This document shows, in pieces, positions 40,015 to 50,018 of a stretch of 64,000 nt of DNA. Made by a program: the position numbers and the translations under genes. Position 1 is the stretch's first letter; each line of letters starts with the position of its first letter. The notes below the pieces were generated by a model. The model had not been told where the DNA came from, searched no databases, and saw nothing but the letters and a program-made list of their open reading frames with translations. The stretch spans positions 64,001 through 128,000 of the forward strand of contig JAGVGF010000006.1 in the NCBI GenBank assembly GCA_020057295.1. Direction: 5' to 3'. This DNA comes from an archaeon (GTDB lineage: Archaea > Nanobdellota > Nanobdellia > Woesearchaeales > UBA9642).

Positions 40015-40740
40015 ATGAACAATCCAACATTAGAATCAATAGCAAAAGAACCTTTCAAAAGAGATATAAGAGGAAGAGTAATATGGTTCAAAGAAGATAA
40101 TGCTCGACTCGCAGCAGCATACGTCTTGAAAAATCTAGGTTATGATCTCGATATGCCTCGAGAGAAAAAAGTTCAATTTCTAGAACAAATAACAGAATAT
40201 AAAAGTATAATAACTCCCAAACATAACGGCGCAACAGGATTCTTATGTGAAAGGGCAAACCTTGCAGGATTATTAAATCACAGCAGGGCATATATGGACT
40301 ACGTAAAAAGCAGTCCGTTAGAATTCTTCAAATGGTTAGATCCGACTATTTTAGATACTAAAGAACAACATCATGTGCATGAATGGGACTTATCAATGAA
40401 TTATTGGGATGATAAACATTATGATATTCATGAGAGAAAGATTAGAAATGCTGTTCAGCATATGTTTGAGGAAAAACTTGGATACAGTTCAATAATGAGT
40501 CCTGAAGAGAAAGTAGAAACGTTTAGGAGTATGTTTGAATATAAAAATTCTGGAGAAGGAGGAGCTTTAAAATACTGTTACAACGTTCTTAAATTAAGAG
40601 GATTGATGAGTATTAAAAGGTCATATCTTGAAAATGTCACAGGAAGTCATCATGCACTTCTAAAATGGTTTTTTGAAGAAGACAAGGAAACTTGGAAGCT
40701 AATAGAAGAAAAATACTATAAAGGTAGAAAAGAAAAATAA
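40015..40740 (+). CDS. Hypothetical protein with two tandem repeats of about 100 aa (DUF4046-like)
   Basis: LGY...P.EKV....EYK...GA..........L.GL....R.Y...V..S....KW occurs twice. Confidence 0.7.
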   Translation: MNNPTLESIAKEPFKRDIRGRVIWFKEDNARLAAAYVLKNLGYDLDMPREKKVQFLEQITEYKSIITPKHNGATGFLCERANLAGLLNHSRAYMDYVKSSPLEFFKWLDPTILDTKEQHHVHEWDLSMNYWDDKHYDIHERKIRNAVQHMFEEKLGYSSIMSPEEKVETFRSMFEYKNSGEGGALKYCYNVLKLRGLMSIKRSYLENVTGSHHALLKWFFEEDKETWKLIEEKYYKGRKEK

Positions 40741-40746
40741 TTCAAA

Positions 40747-41121
40747 TTACCAAGTCTCAAATCTTTTATCCATTGCTTCATTAAGTAGCTTATCGGCACC
40801 CAATGATTTGTCAACTACAATATTTGTTTTTCCACAATAAGGACACTTAGAAACTTCTTGCGTAGATTTTCTGGAAAACTTGTAATGACAGCTGGTACAG
40901 ATATATCTAACCATCTTTTCAGTCTTTTCTGAAGTCTTCTTAACTGGTGGTTTATGTTCAGCAGCAATTTCCGAGACACTAGCTGTTGCACCCTTTAATG
41001 AAGAATTACGCTTATAACAGTCTACACATATCATATTTTCTCCACTAGAATCGGTTCTCATGTTGTGCATTAAGACTTTTCTACCACAACTTCTACATAC
41101 AATTAATAAATTATCATCCAT
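40747..41121 (-). CDS. Double zinc-ribbon hypothetical protein
   Basis: CRSC...CVDC; CTSC...CPYC. Confidence 0.75.
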   Translation of the reverse strand: MDDNLLIVCRSCGRKVLMHNMRTDSSGENMICVDCYKRNSSLKGATASVSEIAAEHKPPVKKTSEKTEKMVRYICTSCHYKFSRKSTQEVSKCPYCGKTNIVVDKSLGADKLLNEAMDKRFETW

Positions 41122-41180
41122 AATAATCACCTACAATCGTTAATAACTATTCTATAATAGTGTAAAGATATTGTATTTAT

Positions 41181-41999
41181 TTATATTTTTTTCTCTATTG
41201 CTTGCGTTAAGTCCTTAATATTCTCTATGGCTATGATTAATTTAGGGTTCTTAATCTTTATATCATCAAAATGCAGTGTTATTTTGTCAGCAGTCTCTAA
41301 AATGTATCTTAACCAGAACTCTACACTCTTATCCTTCCATGAAATTTTATGTTCTTCAAGAAAATCTATGAACTTTGTTAACTTAGTTAATGAATCCTCA
41401 ATATTTGTTATCACCATCAAGTATTGTGAATCACTAATTTTATGTTTGTGAATATTCTTTACACTAAACATTGTGTCGATATCCAAAAATGTGACATATA
41501 ATCCGTCAATTATAGCTTCAATTTCTTTAATATCTACGTCATGTTTTGTCTTAGATTTGAATTCGGATTTTATCCTATCGATATCTGTTCTGAATATAGA
41601 CATTGTTAGTATCATGGTATTAATTTTTCTATCTTGCGTATGATGCACATGATAGTGAGGAAAAATATGTTTTTGTAATAGCTTATCAATTAGTATTAAT
41701 ATTAGTATCGCACTAAGTATCAACTGTATGTATATTACTATCTGTAATGTTGAACTTGCATTAATTTTTACAACACCGAATATCGTAGCTGTAAGAAAGC
41801 TCAAGTATAATGATTCTAACAACCCATTAAATGTAAAGGATATATTCAATCCATTAAAAGTTAATTCCGAAAAAATAAAAGGCAATAATGAATATATTAT
41901 TGCGAATAAGAATATAGAAATAAGCCACGACATAAAAAAATTTAGGAACGAAGTCTTTCTAATCCATTCAAATAATCCCACCTTTTCTGTCATGTCCAT
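41181..41999 (-). CDS. 2TM ion-channel-like protein with degenerate selectivity filter
   Basis: TM-pore helix-TM (ESLYLSFLTATIFG) plus helical cytoplasmic domain. Confidence 0.65.
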   Translation of the reverse strand: MDMTEKVGLFEWIRKTSFLNFFMSWLISIFLFAIIYSLLPFIFSELTFNGLNISFTFNGLLESLYLSFLTATIFGVVKINASSTLQIVIYIQLILSAILILILIDKLLQKHIFPHYHVHHTQDRKINTMILTMSIFRTDIDRIKSEFKSKTKHDVDIKEIEAIIDGLYVTFLDIDTMFSVKNIHKHKISDSQYLMVITNIEDSLTKLTKFIDFLEEHKISWKDKSVEFWLRYILETADKITLHFDDIKIKNPKLIIAIENIKDLTQAIEKKI

Positions 42000-42272
42000 A
42001 AAATGATATACTAAATTTATAAATATGATTATTTATTGATGACGCATTATTCAATAAGAGTTCTTAATGCTGAAAATAAACAAAAATAGAGACATTTTGT
42101 GCTTATTTAAGCATAAACCATAACATTTAAATATAACAACATACTAAAAGATATTCTAGTATACAAAAGAGTATATTTGATGAGAGTTTTAGATAATTGA
42201 AATATCAATAAATATCGACGGTAAAAAACATTTAACGGAACAATTAGAATCGTTGGAACAAAGTAGATTAAA

Positions 42273-44021
42273 ATGGAACAAGAATTAATGACATTAGGAA
42301 TACTATTCTTCTTTGCACTAGTAGGAGGAGTACTAGCATCAAAATTCAAACAACCCATGCTTATGGGATTATTATTAGTAGGTGCATTCATAGGACCACA
42401 CATGCTCGGATTAGTAGAAGATACTAATATGATTAACATGATGATAGATTTCGGAGCAATCCTTATGTTATTCATGATTGGCCTAGAATTTGATCTAAGC
42501 AAGTTAAGAAAAATCGGATTAAAGGCTATAATTGTCGGAGTACTAAAAAGTGCAATAGTTGTATTTGTAGGATTCAATGTAGGACTATTATTAGGATTAG
42601 GCGTACCAACATCATTATTCATCGGCATAATAATAGCATTTAGCAGTACTGTAGTAATTGTAAAAGTTTTAGAACAAAAAGAATTAATGAATAGACAAGA
42701 GGTACCATTGTTAATTGCTGTATTAATAATTGAGGATATCTTGGCAGTATTAATATTAACATTCTTTTCTGGGATGATGGATAAGAATGCTGGAATGATT
42801 AACACTGCACAAAATTTAGTAATATCTATGTGTTCATTAATAGTAGTATATATGCTATTCGTAAAAATTGTTAAACCAATATTAGTAGCAATATTAAAAG
42901 ATAACATGAGTGAAGAAGTAATGACATTCTTGGCATTAACATTATGCGCAGGATTCAGCGGATTAGCATACTACTTAAATTTAAGCCCAGCAGCAGGAGC
43001 ATTCCTAGCAGGAAGTATTATAGCATCGTTATCTGAAGCCAAGAGTTTTGAAAAAGCAATCGCACCATATAATCTAATAATCAGCAGTTTGTTTTTCATA
43101 GCAATAGGAACATTAGTAAATTTTGCATCAGTAAAAGTAAACATCATGTTAATACTCGTATTAGTACTAACAGTAATATTAACAAGACTGTTCGCCTTTG
43201 GACTAATAGTTTATCTATTCGCAAATTTCAAGGGAGATAAAATGTTTTTCAGCAGTATGGCTATGTTTAGCGTAGGAGAATTTGCATTATTAATAGCTCA
43301 ACAGAGTAAAAATTTCAATATAGGCATAGATTTAATGAGTATAAGCGCAGCGATAATATTTATTACAGCAGTTTTGATGTCATTAACATTAAACTATAGC
43401 GACAGATTGTATCAGCCAACTAGCGAGAGCGTACCATATGGATGGAGAAAGAAGATGGATAGATACGCAGGATACATCAAATCATTATCGGAAGAATTAG
43501 ACCTAGATAATAAATATAGCCAAAATTTAAGAAAGAATTTTTTCGGCACAATGATGGGAATACTAATAATCTTACTAACAATATTTGGATGGCGCAAGTT
43601 GTCAAGCATACTATCAATTAACGAAGTAAGTCAGACCATTATAACCACATCATATCTTGCAACAATCGCACTAATCATAATTACAATGTTTTATGTAATA
43701 TTCAAGAGCCAAAAAGTGTTAAAATCGTTGAGTGAAATATTTACTAATGCAACAAGCAATAGAAGTATCAAACATAGCAGACATATAGTTATTAGAGCAT
43801 TTATAGCATTCACATTATTAATAGTTGCTTTAATATTCCCTTTCATAATGTTCATGTTTGGATTACCAACAATATACGTATTAATACCCTTTGGACTATT
43901 AATATTATTTGGATGGCAAATACATAAACTATCAGACGCTACAGCAGATACAACCAGTAGCTTTCAAAGTGTAGAACATTGGCATAAAGAACACCATAAC
44001 AAACTAGGATGGAGAGCATAA
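42273..44021 (+). CDS. CPA2 cation:proton antiporter with extra C-terminal TMs
   Basis: MFMIGLEF, FSST.VIVK, LIIED, GAFLAG, GEFA. Confidence 0.92.
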   Translation: MEQELMTLGILFFFALVGGVLASKFKQPMLMGLLLVGAFIGPHMLGLVEDTNMINMMIDFGAILMLFMIGLEFDLSKLRKIGLKAIIVGVLKSAIVVFVGFNVGLLLGLGVPTSLFIGIIIAFSSTVVIVKVLEQKELMNRQEVPLLIAVLIIEDILAVLILTFFSGMMDKNAGMINTAQNLVISMCSLIVVYMLFVKIVKPILVAILKDNMSEEVMTFLALTLCAGFSGLAYYLNLSPAAGAFLAGSIIASLSEAKSFEKAIAPYNLIISSLFFIAIGTLVNFASVKVNIMLILVLVLTVILTRLFAFGLIVYLFANFKGDKMFFSSMAMFSVGEFALLIAQQSKNFNIGIDLMSISAAIIFITAVLMSLTLNYSDRLYQPTSESVPYGWRKKMDRYAGYIKSLSEELDLDNKYSQNLRKNFFGTMMGILIILLTIFGWRKLSSILSINEVSQTIITTSYLATIALIIITMFYVIFKSQKVLKSLSEIFTNATSNRSIKHSRHIVIRAFIAFTLLIVALIFPFIMFMFGLPTIYVLIPFGLLILFGWQIHKLSDATADTTSSFQSVEHWHKEHHNKLGWRA

Positions 44022-44075
44022 TTAATTCGTGCGAAAATCATCTAAAGAAGAAATTTTTTATTTTATTCCATATTT

Positions 44076-46076
44076 TTATTCTATATACATTTCGTGTATT
44101 AATTCTATGAATGTAGTAATACTCCATGTTTGACACAAACATCCTCCGGATTTAAACCATCCGCTAGAGGCTAATTCTGAAGCGTAGCCAATAAATCCCC
44201 AGTACAGTATGTCTTGTGTTGATGCATGCATTATTTTTTGTATATAAGTATCATATTTTTCTTTATTTAATCTATACATTGCTATAGCAGCAAGATTGTT
44301 TATCCAGAACCAACTATCGCCGCGATGATAGCTTTTATTATCAATTCCTGTATAATATGGTTGATATAATCCGTTGCTCTTATCTATAGTGCTTAATCCA
44401 CCACATTTTACTGTATCTATATCCCATTCGCACCAAAGTTTACTTAGAGCATTGTCAAAAGTTGATTCCCAATCCTTAGGAGATACTAATTCAGGATATA
44501 AATAATAGGCTAAGAATATGTTAGGCCTAACAATTTCACTCATTGTGCAATCATATCCGTCGTTTAATACATTTAAGCCATTAACTCCTTTAAAGAATTT
44601 GTTACGTACAATCTCTGTTGTATCTTCTTCTAATTTTTTATAGTTATACTGATTATCTGTAATGCTTACAAGTTTTTCGTGTTTTTTAACAAACTTATTA
44701 GCTAAGTAATTATTCAATAGATTCATTAATTTTAACATGTTTAAAAATAGTGTTTGTATCTCTATCCTTGCACCCTCACGATAATCTGTATTATATGCTG
44801 AACCATTAAAGTATGTGTCCATCCATGTCTCCAGGTTACCATTAATTAATAATCCCTCCTTAGAATAATTCTTTAATAAAGATTTTATTGTGAACTGCAG
44901 CCTCTCTCTAATATATTTGAGATCATATAATGTGAAGTATACATCAAAATTATTACGTTGTTCGCAAATAATCATATAATCATATATTCTCTTAAATAGC
45001 CATCCTATACCATCAGCGTTGCCTAATTCTGTTGAAGGATATCTATTAGATAATCTACCATCAATTTTTATATCGGACAAGTATCTTAATATTATCTCCT
45101 TAGAACTTTCGTATCTATGTTCTAGAATTAATGCTTGCATAGATATTAGTTCGTCTCTAGCCCAGTATTGATGAAACCACGGAAGTCCAGCCCATAATCC
45201 GGTAACTTTCTTATGATCTACTTGTAAATGCATTAATAACCCATCAATAGCATGCACACAATTAGCATATGCCATTGCAACTTCTGGACCGGTGACTTTA
45301 TGTATTTCGCTCTTAGTCTTAATAACATTCTCAATATAATGATCATATACCGTTCCTATTTTTTCATCATTATCACTTATATCATTAACTTTAGATATTG
45401 CTTCTTCTTTATCATCACTAAATCCGAAATATAATTTAACATTTTTTTTGCACAACACTTGTAATGCATTATACACATAGCGCTCAGGATCGTTCTTTCT
45501 GTATGCATCATAGTGATAATATTTGTGAGACCACGTGTTTTTTAAAGTGTATCCAAAATTTGCGCCTTTAATTGCTAGATAAGATTTTTTAACCATTTCC
45601 TTTAATGATTCATCTCTATATTTAGTGTATTCAACAAGTAATATGTTCATGCCTTCCAATTTGTAAATTTTATAGATTCTTCCCTTATCATCAGAATCAT
45701 ATATTCCTCTAAAGTCTAAATCTATATTTATAAGTCCGTGGTACGATGATACATTGTATATCAAACCATTTTTTGCTATAACAAAATTCTCAATGACTTC
45801 AGAAGATCTGCGTTCAATGTTTGTGAAATTATTTATTAACTCAGTAGGATCTTTATCAATATATATGTTATCAACAGTCTTGTAGAGTGTAAATCCGTCG
45901 CTTGAACCTATCGCATTAAACCATCCTGTAAAATTTGTTATAGCATCTTTAGGATTAGCAGATAATGCAAAATAATGTCCGCGTCTACTAACTAAAAATA
46001 ATGACAGACCACGCTCTAAAGTATTACTAACATCTTTACTAACTTTTAATTTTTTTATCTTGTGTGTTATTAACAT
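44076..46076 (-). CDS. Glycogen debranching amylo-alpha-1,6-glucosidase (GH133-like)
   Basis: AGLPWF.Q.WARDELIS, TWMD, RPN, YHRGDSW, ELAS, QTWS. Confidence 0.88.
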   Translation of the reverse strand: MLITHKIKKLKVSKDVSNTLERGLSLFLVSRRGHYFALSANPKDAITNFTGWFNAIGSSDGFTLYKTVDNIYIDKDPTELINNFTNIERRSSEVIENFVIAKNGLIYNVSSYHGLINIDLDFRGIYDSDDKGRIYKIYKLEGMNILLVEYTKYRDESLKEMVKKSYLAIKGANFGYTLKNTWSHKYYHYDAYRKNDPERYVYNALQVLCKKNVKLYFGFSDDKEEAISKVNDISDNDEKIGTVYDHYIENVIKTKSEIHKVTGPEVAMAYANCVHAIDGLLMHLQVDHKKVTGLWAGLPWFHQYWARDELISMQALILEHRYESSKEIILRYLSDIKIDGRLSNRYPSTELGNADGIGWLFKRIYDYMIICEQRNNFDVYFTLYDLKYIRERLQFTIKSLLKNYSKEGLLINGNLETWMDTYFNGSAYNTDYREGARIEIQTLFLNMLKLMNLLNNYLANKFVKKHEKLVSITDNQYNYKKLEEDTTEIVRNKFFKGVNGLNVLNDGYDCTMSEIVRPNIFLAYYLYPELVSPKDWESTFDNALSKLWCEWDIDTVKCGGLSTIDKSNGLYQPYYTGIDNKSYHRGDSWFWINNLAAIAMYRLNKEKYDTYIQKIMHASTQDILYWGFIGYASELASSGWFKSGGCLCQTWSITTFIELIHEMYIE

Positions 46077-46157
46077 TTTATTTTCACAAAGCGAAAATAT
46101 AAAGCTATTAAGTGACAGTAATTAGCTGCTTATCTCTTAACGGTTATATTAATTATC

Positions 46158-47135
46158 TTACTGTTCTCCCCTGTAGAATCTTGCAGCTGTTTCTGGACTA
46201 ACCTGGTTAACAATGGTTTCTGAGCCATGTTCTACACCACCCCAAAGTTGTATCCTTGGAGTTATTTCTATATGGAAATGCAGAGTTTTAGCCGCAGGAT
46301 TATTCATATAACCTTTAGGCGTACAATGCAGATAATAATTATATGAACAATTCAAGTCTTTTAATCTGGACAAAACTCTCTTCATAATAGAAGCTAAATC
46401 TAAAAGGGCGTCATCACTAATTTCTGTAAGTGAGGCATAATGTTTTTTTGGGAAAATCCATATCTCATAATTAAATCTTGAGGCATAAGGAGTAAAAGCC
46501 ACGAAAGTATTATTCTCAAAACATCTTCTATAAGAAGCATTCTCTATATTTAATATTTCACAATGTGGGCAGGTTTGATAAGTATTAACAACAGTTAATT
46601 CTTCTCTTACTAATCTAGGAATATGCGCTAATGCTAATATTTGACTATGTGAATGTTTTACAGAAGTTCCTGCATCTTTACCATGATTCTTAAATAGATG
46701 AACATATTGTATGTGATCTTTAGAATATAACTCCTGCATTCTATTCTTATAGACTGTCAACAAGTTTTTTATTTCTACTTCATTAAAATCGTACAATTGT
46801 TTATTATGATCATTAGTTTCTGCAATAACTTCATGATATCCATAAGCATCAGAGAATGTAAAATATTTATTATCTGTCTGTATAAAATATTTACCAAGAG
46901 GTTCAACGATTGGAAATTTATTCTCAAACCATCTTATGATCCAAGGATTACCAAATCTACCTTTTTCTTTAGGTGTTAAATATTCATTTCCTGCACAAAA
47001 ATGACATGCAATTTGATTGTCAGAAAGATTGTTTGGATGAATAACACCATCTCTCCTAAAGCTATCAGGTCTTAATGTACGTTGCTCTGCAATTATTACA
47101 TATCGATCCAAAATATAATCCTTACGTAATTCCAT
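46158..47135 (-). CDS. galT: GalT-family hexose-1-phosphate nucleotidyltransferase
   Basis: ELR.D, C.FC.GNE, NKFP, NHG..AGTS..HSHSQ. Confidence 0.88.
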   Translation of the reverse strand: MELRKDYILDRYVIIAEQRTLRPDSFRRDGVIHPNNLSDNQIACHFCAGNEYLTPKEKGRFGNPWIIRWFENKFPIVEPLGKYFIQTDNKYFTFSDAYGYHEVIAETNDHNKQLYDFNEVEIKNLLTVYKNRMQELYSKDHIQYVHLFKNHGKDAGTSVKHSHSQILALAHIPRLVREELTVVNTYQTCPHCEILNIENASYRRCFENNTFVAFTPYASRFNYEIWIFPKKHYASLTEISDDALLDLASIMKRVLSRLKDLNCSYNYYLHCTPKGYMNNPAAKTLHFHIEITPRIQLWGGVEHGSETIVNQVSPETAARFYRGEQ

Positions 47136-47189
47136 AAATTTTACCCCTGATAATTTCTTTTATAAATCTTAGTCGCGTATTTTTGAATT

Positions 47190-48980
47190 TTATTTACCTA
47201 TTTTTGCTAAGGCCATATTGTGTGCAGTGATATAATTTTCAGCAAATATCTTCCAATCTGCTAAACTTGCAAAATTTTTAGCATTTAATTTTGCATCTAT
47301 ACGTTGTTGCTGTGTAAATTTCGAAAATTTAAACATGATATTAGCAAAATCATCAACAACTTTATCTTCAGACTTATTTAATCGTTCAAGTAAATAAACA
47401 CCATCCTTACGAGCATCATGATTTTTAATGAATGCACCAAATCCGCTTAAATCAGTTGTGAGAGCTGGAACGCCCAATGCTACGCTTTCTAAAGGAGTGT
47501 ATCCCCAAGGTTCATAGTAACTAGCAAACAATCCTAAATGACATCCTATAATCGCATCGTAGTAAGGTAAATCAATGAATCCATCATTACCATCCATATA
47601 TACTGGCTCAATTATTACTTTAACCATATCTTCCTTGCGATTCATCAAACCATTTTGTTTAAAGGCTATTACAAGTGCATTATTTAATTCGTCAATGTTA
47701 TGTGTAGAAAATGGAGGATTGCCTTTACGTTCAAAAGCAATTAAATCTTTCTTTAAGTGAGTATTAAAAGTGTCATGAATTAATTCTTGCTCGGCATTAT
47801 CTTTTTTTGCCAACATATCATAAATCATTCTGGTTAATATTTCTGCACCATTACTATTAACATAATTTTTTATATGCATATAATAATTTTTATTTTCCAA
47901 GAGTTCAATCTTTAAACCATGATTCTCCATCGGTATCCAGAAAAACACTGTGACTGTATGAACATTAGATCCAGAATCTTTTTTCAATTGTTCATTAAGT
48001 TTGCCCAAAGCCTTTATTAGAATATCATATCCTTTATTTTTATATTCGTAACGTCCAATAGTATAAAATATTAAGTTTTTGTCCATATCAAAAGTGTAGT
48101 AAGGAAAATAAAAATATGTTAGGAATTCTCTAATTTTATCTCGTGATACTCTATGTTTTATTGATGTATCTTCAAAGCTTGGGAATTGTGCAATATCCAA
48201 ACCGTTAAACAACAATATGTCGGGTTTTCTTGATAAAAATCGTTCAGATTCTATACCAGTAATTTCCGATACTGTAGTAAATACGTCAGCATTTAAAGCT
48301 GCAGCTTTTTCAGTTAAATGTTTAGCTTCTACAGTAAATCTGTATGCTTCAGATAGCGGTTCTATATTATTAAGAGTATGATATAAATCGATGCCGTTGG
48401 AAGCTAAAGTTCTACCTAGAACAGTAGCATGAGTTGTAAATATTGTGCCTACAGATTTGCAATTCTTTTTTAAGTACAACAAACCGCATGCCGATAACCA
48501 TTCATGAAATTGTGCAACAACTTTTTTATCTCTTAATGATTTATCGTTTAAGGAACCGATGAGCTTTCCTGTACAATAAGACCATAACAATGGTTCTTCA
48601 AAATCCCAGTATCCTCTTAAAGAATCAATTTTATAATCGTTCCAAAACATTTCTTTAATATAATTTTTTTGATCGATAACACCCATAAATTCTATTAATA
48701 TAACCTTAGGCTTACCCTTAACATCTTCCCATGTACCAAAATGACATTTAATATTTTCGCGTGCTAAATCATCGAATACTTGTTTAAATTGTGCTGGAGG
48801 AGGAGATTCTGTAAGTTCTACACGAGCATTATTTTCAAAGTAGGGACCGATTAAGTAATAATTTTTATAATATGATTGCATCTGCTCTACTTTAGAAGTT
48901 AGCACAGTGTATATTCCGCCAACTTTATTACATACTTCCCATGACACTTCAAACATATAATCAGCCAGTGCATTAATCAT
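47190..48980 (-). CDS. Glycogen synthase, GT3 (eukaryote/Bacteroidota type)
   Basis: FEVSWEVCNKVGGIYTV, FHEW, TTHAT.LGR, GRYEYKNKG, YYEPWGYTPLE. Confidence 0.93.
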   Translation of the reverse strand: MINALADYMFEVSWEVCNKVGGIYTVLTSKVEQMQSYYKNYYLIGPYFENNARVELTESPPPAQFKQVFDDLARENIKCHFGTWEDVKGKPKVILIEFMGVIDQKNYIKEMFWNDYKIDSLRGYWDFEEPLLWSYCTGKLIGSLNDKSLRDKKVVAQFHEWLSACGLLYLKKNCKSVGTIFTTHATVLGRTLASNGIDLYHTLNNIEPLSEAYRFTVEAKHLTEKAAALNADVFTTVSEITGIESERFLSRKPDILLFNGLDIAQFPSFEDTSIKHRVSRDKIREFLTYFYFPYYTFDMDKNLIFYTIGRYEYKNKGYDILIKALGKLNEQLKKDSGSNVHTVTVFFWIPMENHGLKIELLENKNYYMHIKNYVNSNGAEILTRMIYDMLAKKDNAEQELIHDTFNTHLKKDLIAFERKGNPPFSTHNIDELNNALVIAFKQNGLMNRKEDMVKVIIEPVYMDGNDGFIDLPYYDAIIGCHLGLFASYYEPWGYTPLESVALGVPALTTDLSGFGAFIKNHDARKDGVYLLERLNKSEDKVVDDFANIMFKFSKFTQQQRIDAKLNAKNFASLADWKIFAENYITAHNMALAKIGK

Positions 48981-48988
48981 TTATTCAC

Positions 48989-49600
48989 CTATGACAATAA
49001 CTTATAAAGTAATAGTACAAAGATCAATATTATTAATATAAAATATAACAAAGTCCATAAAATATTTTCACGATAATCATCATCAATCTCTTTACCTAAA
49101 CCTTTTTCTGGACGATATTTGTCTTCTTCATTATGACCCATACTAGATAATTTCTTATCAGATAATTTTTTCCTAGAAAATACGTGAAACCATTTCTTTC
49201 TGTTTTTAGCATCTTTTAATTGTTCATGATTTTTTTCTGTGTTGCTCAACTCAGACATTACAACTTTTTTAGTTGATTCTCGAGTTCTTTCCATCTCCAC
49301 TTCTTTTCGAGTCATCTTCATTATAGACTCTTCAACAGCTATTTCATTAATTCTATCTTTGAGAATATTTACGGTAGTATTTTTTGATAACACATATCTT
49401 ATCTTATCAGCTAAATTCTTATCTAATAACACAAATTCTATCCAGTTAGAGAAATCATTTTTTTGAGTATTAACAAATTTCGAGAATGCTACATCAGAAA
49501 TCTTTTCTAAGGCTATGGTTAAATCTAATAAATTTCTTATTCTACTACCATCATGTAATACAAACTCTTTGTCATGCGGAGCATTTATCACCAAAATCAC
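48989..49600 (-). CDS. DUF5752-like protein with C-terminal TM anchor
   Basis: F..HDG..I.NL..L...L....F..FVN..KNDFSNWI; C-terminal hydrophobic helix; alternative GTG start at 49591. Confidence 0.75.
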   Translation of the reverse strand: MILVINAPHDKEFVLHDGSRIRNLLDLTIALEKISDVAFSKFVNTQKNDFSNWIEFVLLDKNLADKIRYVLSKNTTVNILKDRINEIAVEESIMKMTRKEVEMERTRESTKKVVMSELSNTEKNHEQLKDAKNRKKWFHVFSRKKLSDKKLSSMGHNEEDKYRPEKGLGKEIDDDYRENILWTLLYFILIILIFVLLLYKLLS

Positions 49601-49626
49601 CTCTTTAAATAAAATTTATGATTAAA

Positions 49627-49977
49627 TTATTTTTTATTTAATTTTTCTAGTTTCTCGAATAAATATCTATACAATTCTATACTCATATCTAGTCTATTTC
49701 TTAAATTATGAATCTTCTTGGATAGATCCTCTTCTCTAAATACATCAGTTATCCAGTTCGCAAAGTCATTTCGTGTATCATTAACATGGTAACTAAACAT
49801 ATCATCGTTTATTGTTTGTAGAATATCTGCTAATTCTCTATAATTCTTTATCTGTCTTCCATCACACATCACAAAATATTTGTCAGGTGTTACCTCAACA
49901 AAAAGTGTATATTTTTTTGCTACAGGTTTAACGACGGATTTCTTTTGTTTCTCGATCGCACTTTTCTCCTTTTTCAC
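49627..49977 (-). CDS. DUF5752-like protein
   Basis: F.MCDG..IKN..EL...L....F.YHVN..RNDFANWI.DVF. Confidence 0.8.
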   Translation of the reverse strand: MKKEKSAIEKQKKSVVKPVAKKYTLFVEVTPDKYFVMCDGRQIKNYRELADILQTINDDMFSYHVNDTRNDFANWITDVFREEDLSKKIHNLRNRLDMSIELYRYLFEKLEKLNKK

Positions 49978-50018
49978 ACTCTCACCTCTAATTTTAATTC
50001 TGAATAATTAATCGTAAT

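Noticed and set aside
28284-42223. 11-mer TACCGTCGATA present in opposite orientations upstream of the nitroreductase and the CPA2 gene
   Set aside because: Only two copies and not palindromic; insufficient to call a regulon
42030-42272. Possible fluoride or other riboswitch upstream of the CPA2 antiporter (GATGACGC)
   Set aside because: The 5' GGCGATG element and the pseudoknot pairing are absent
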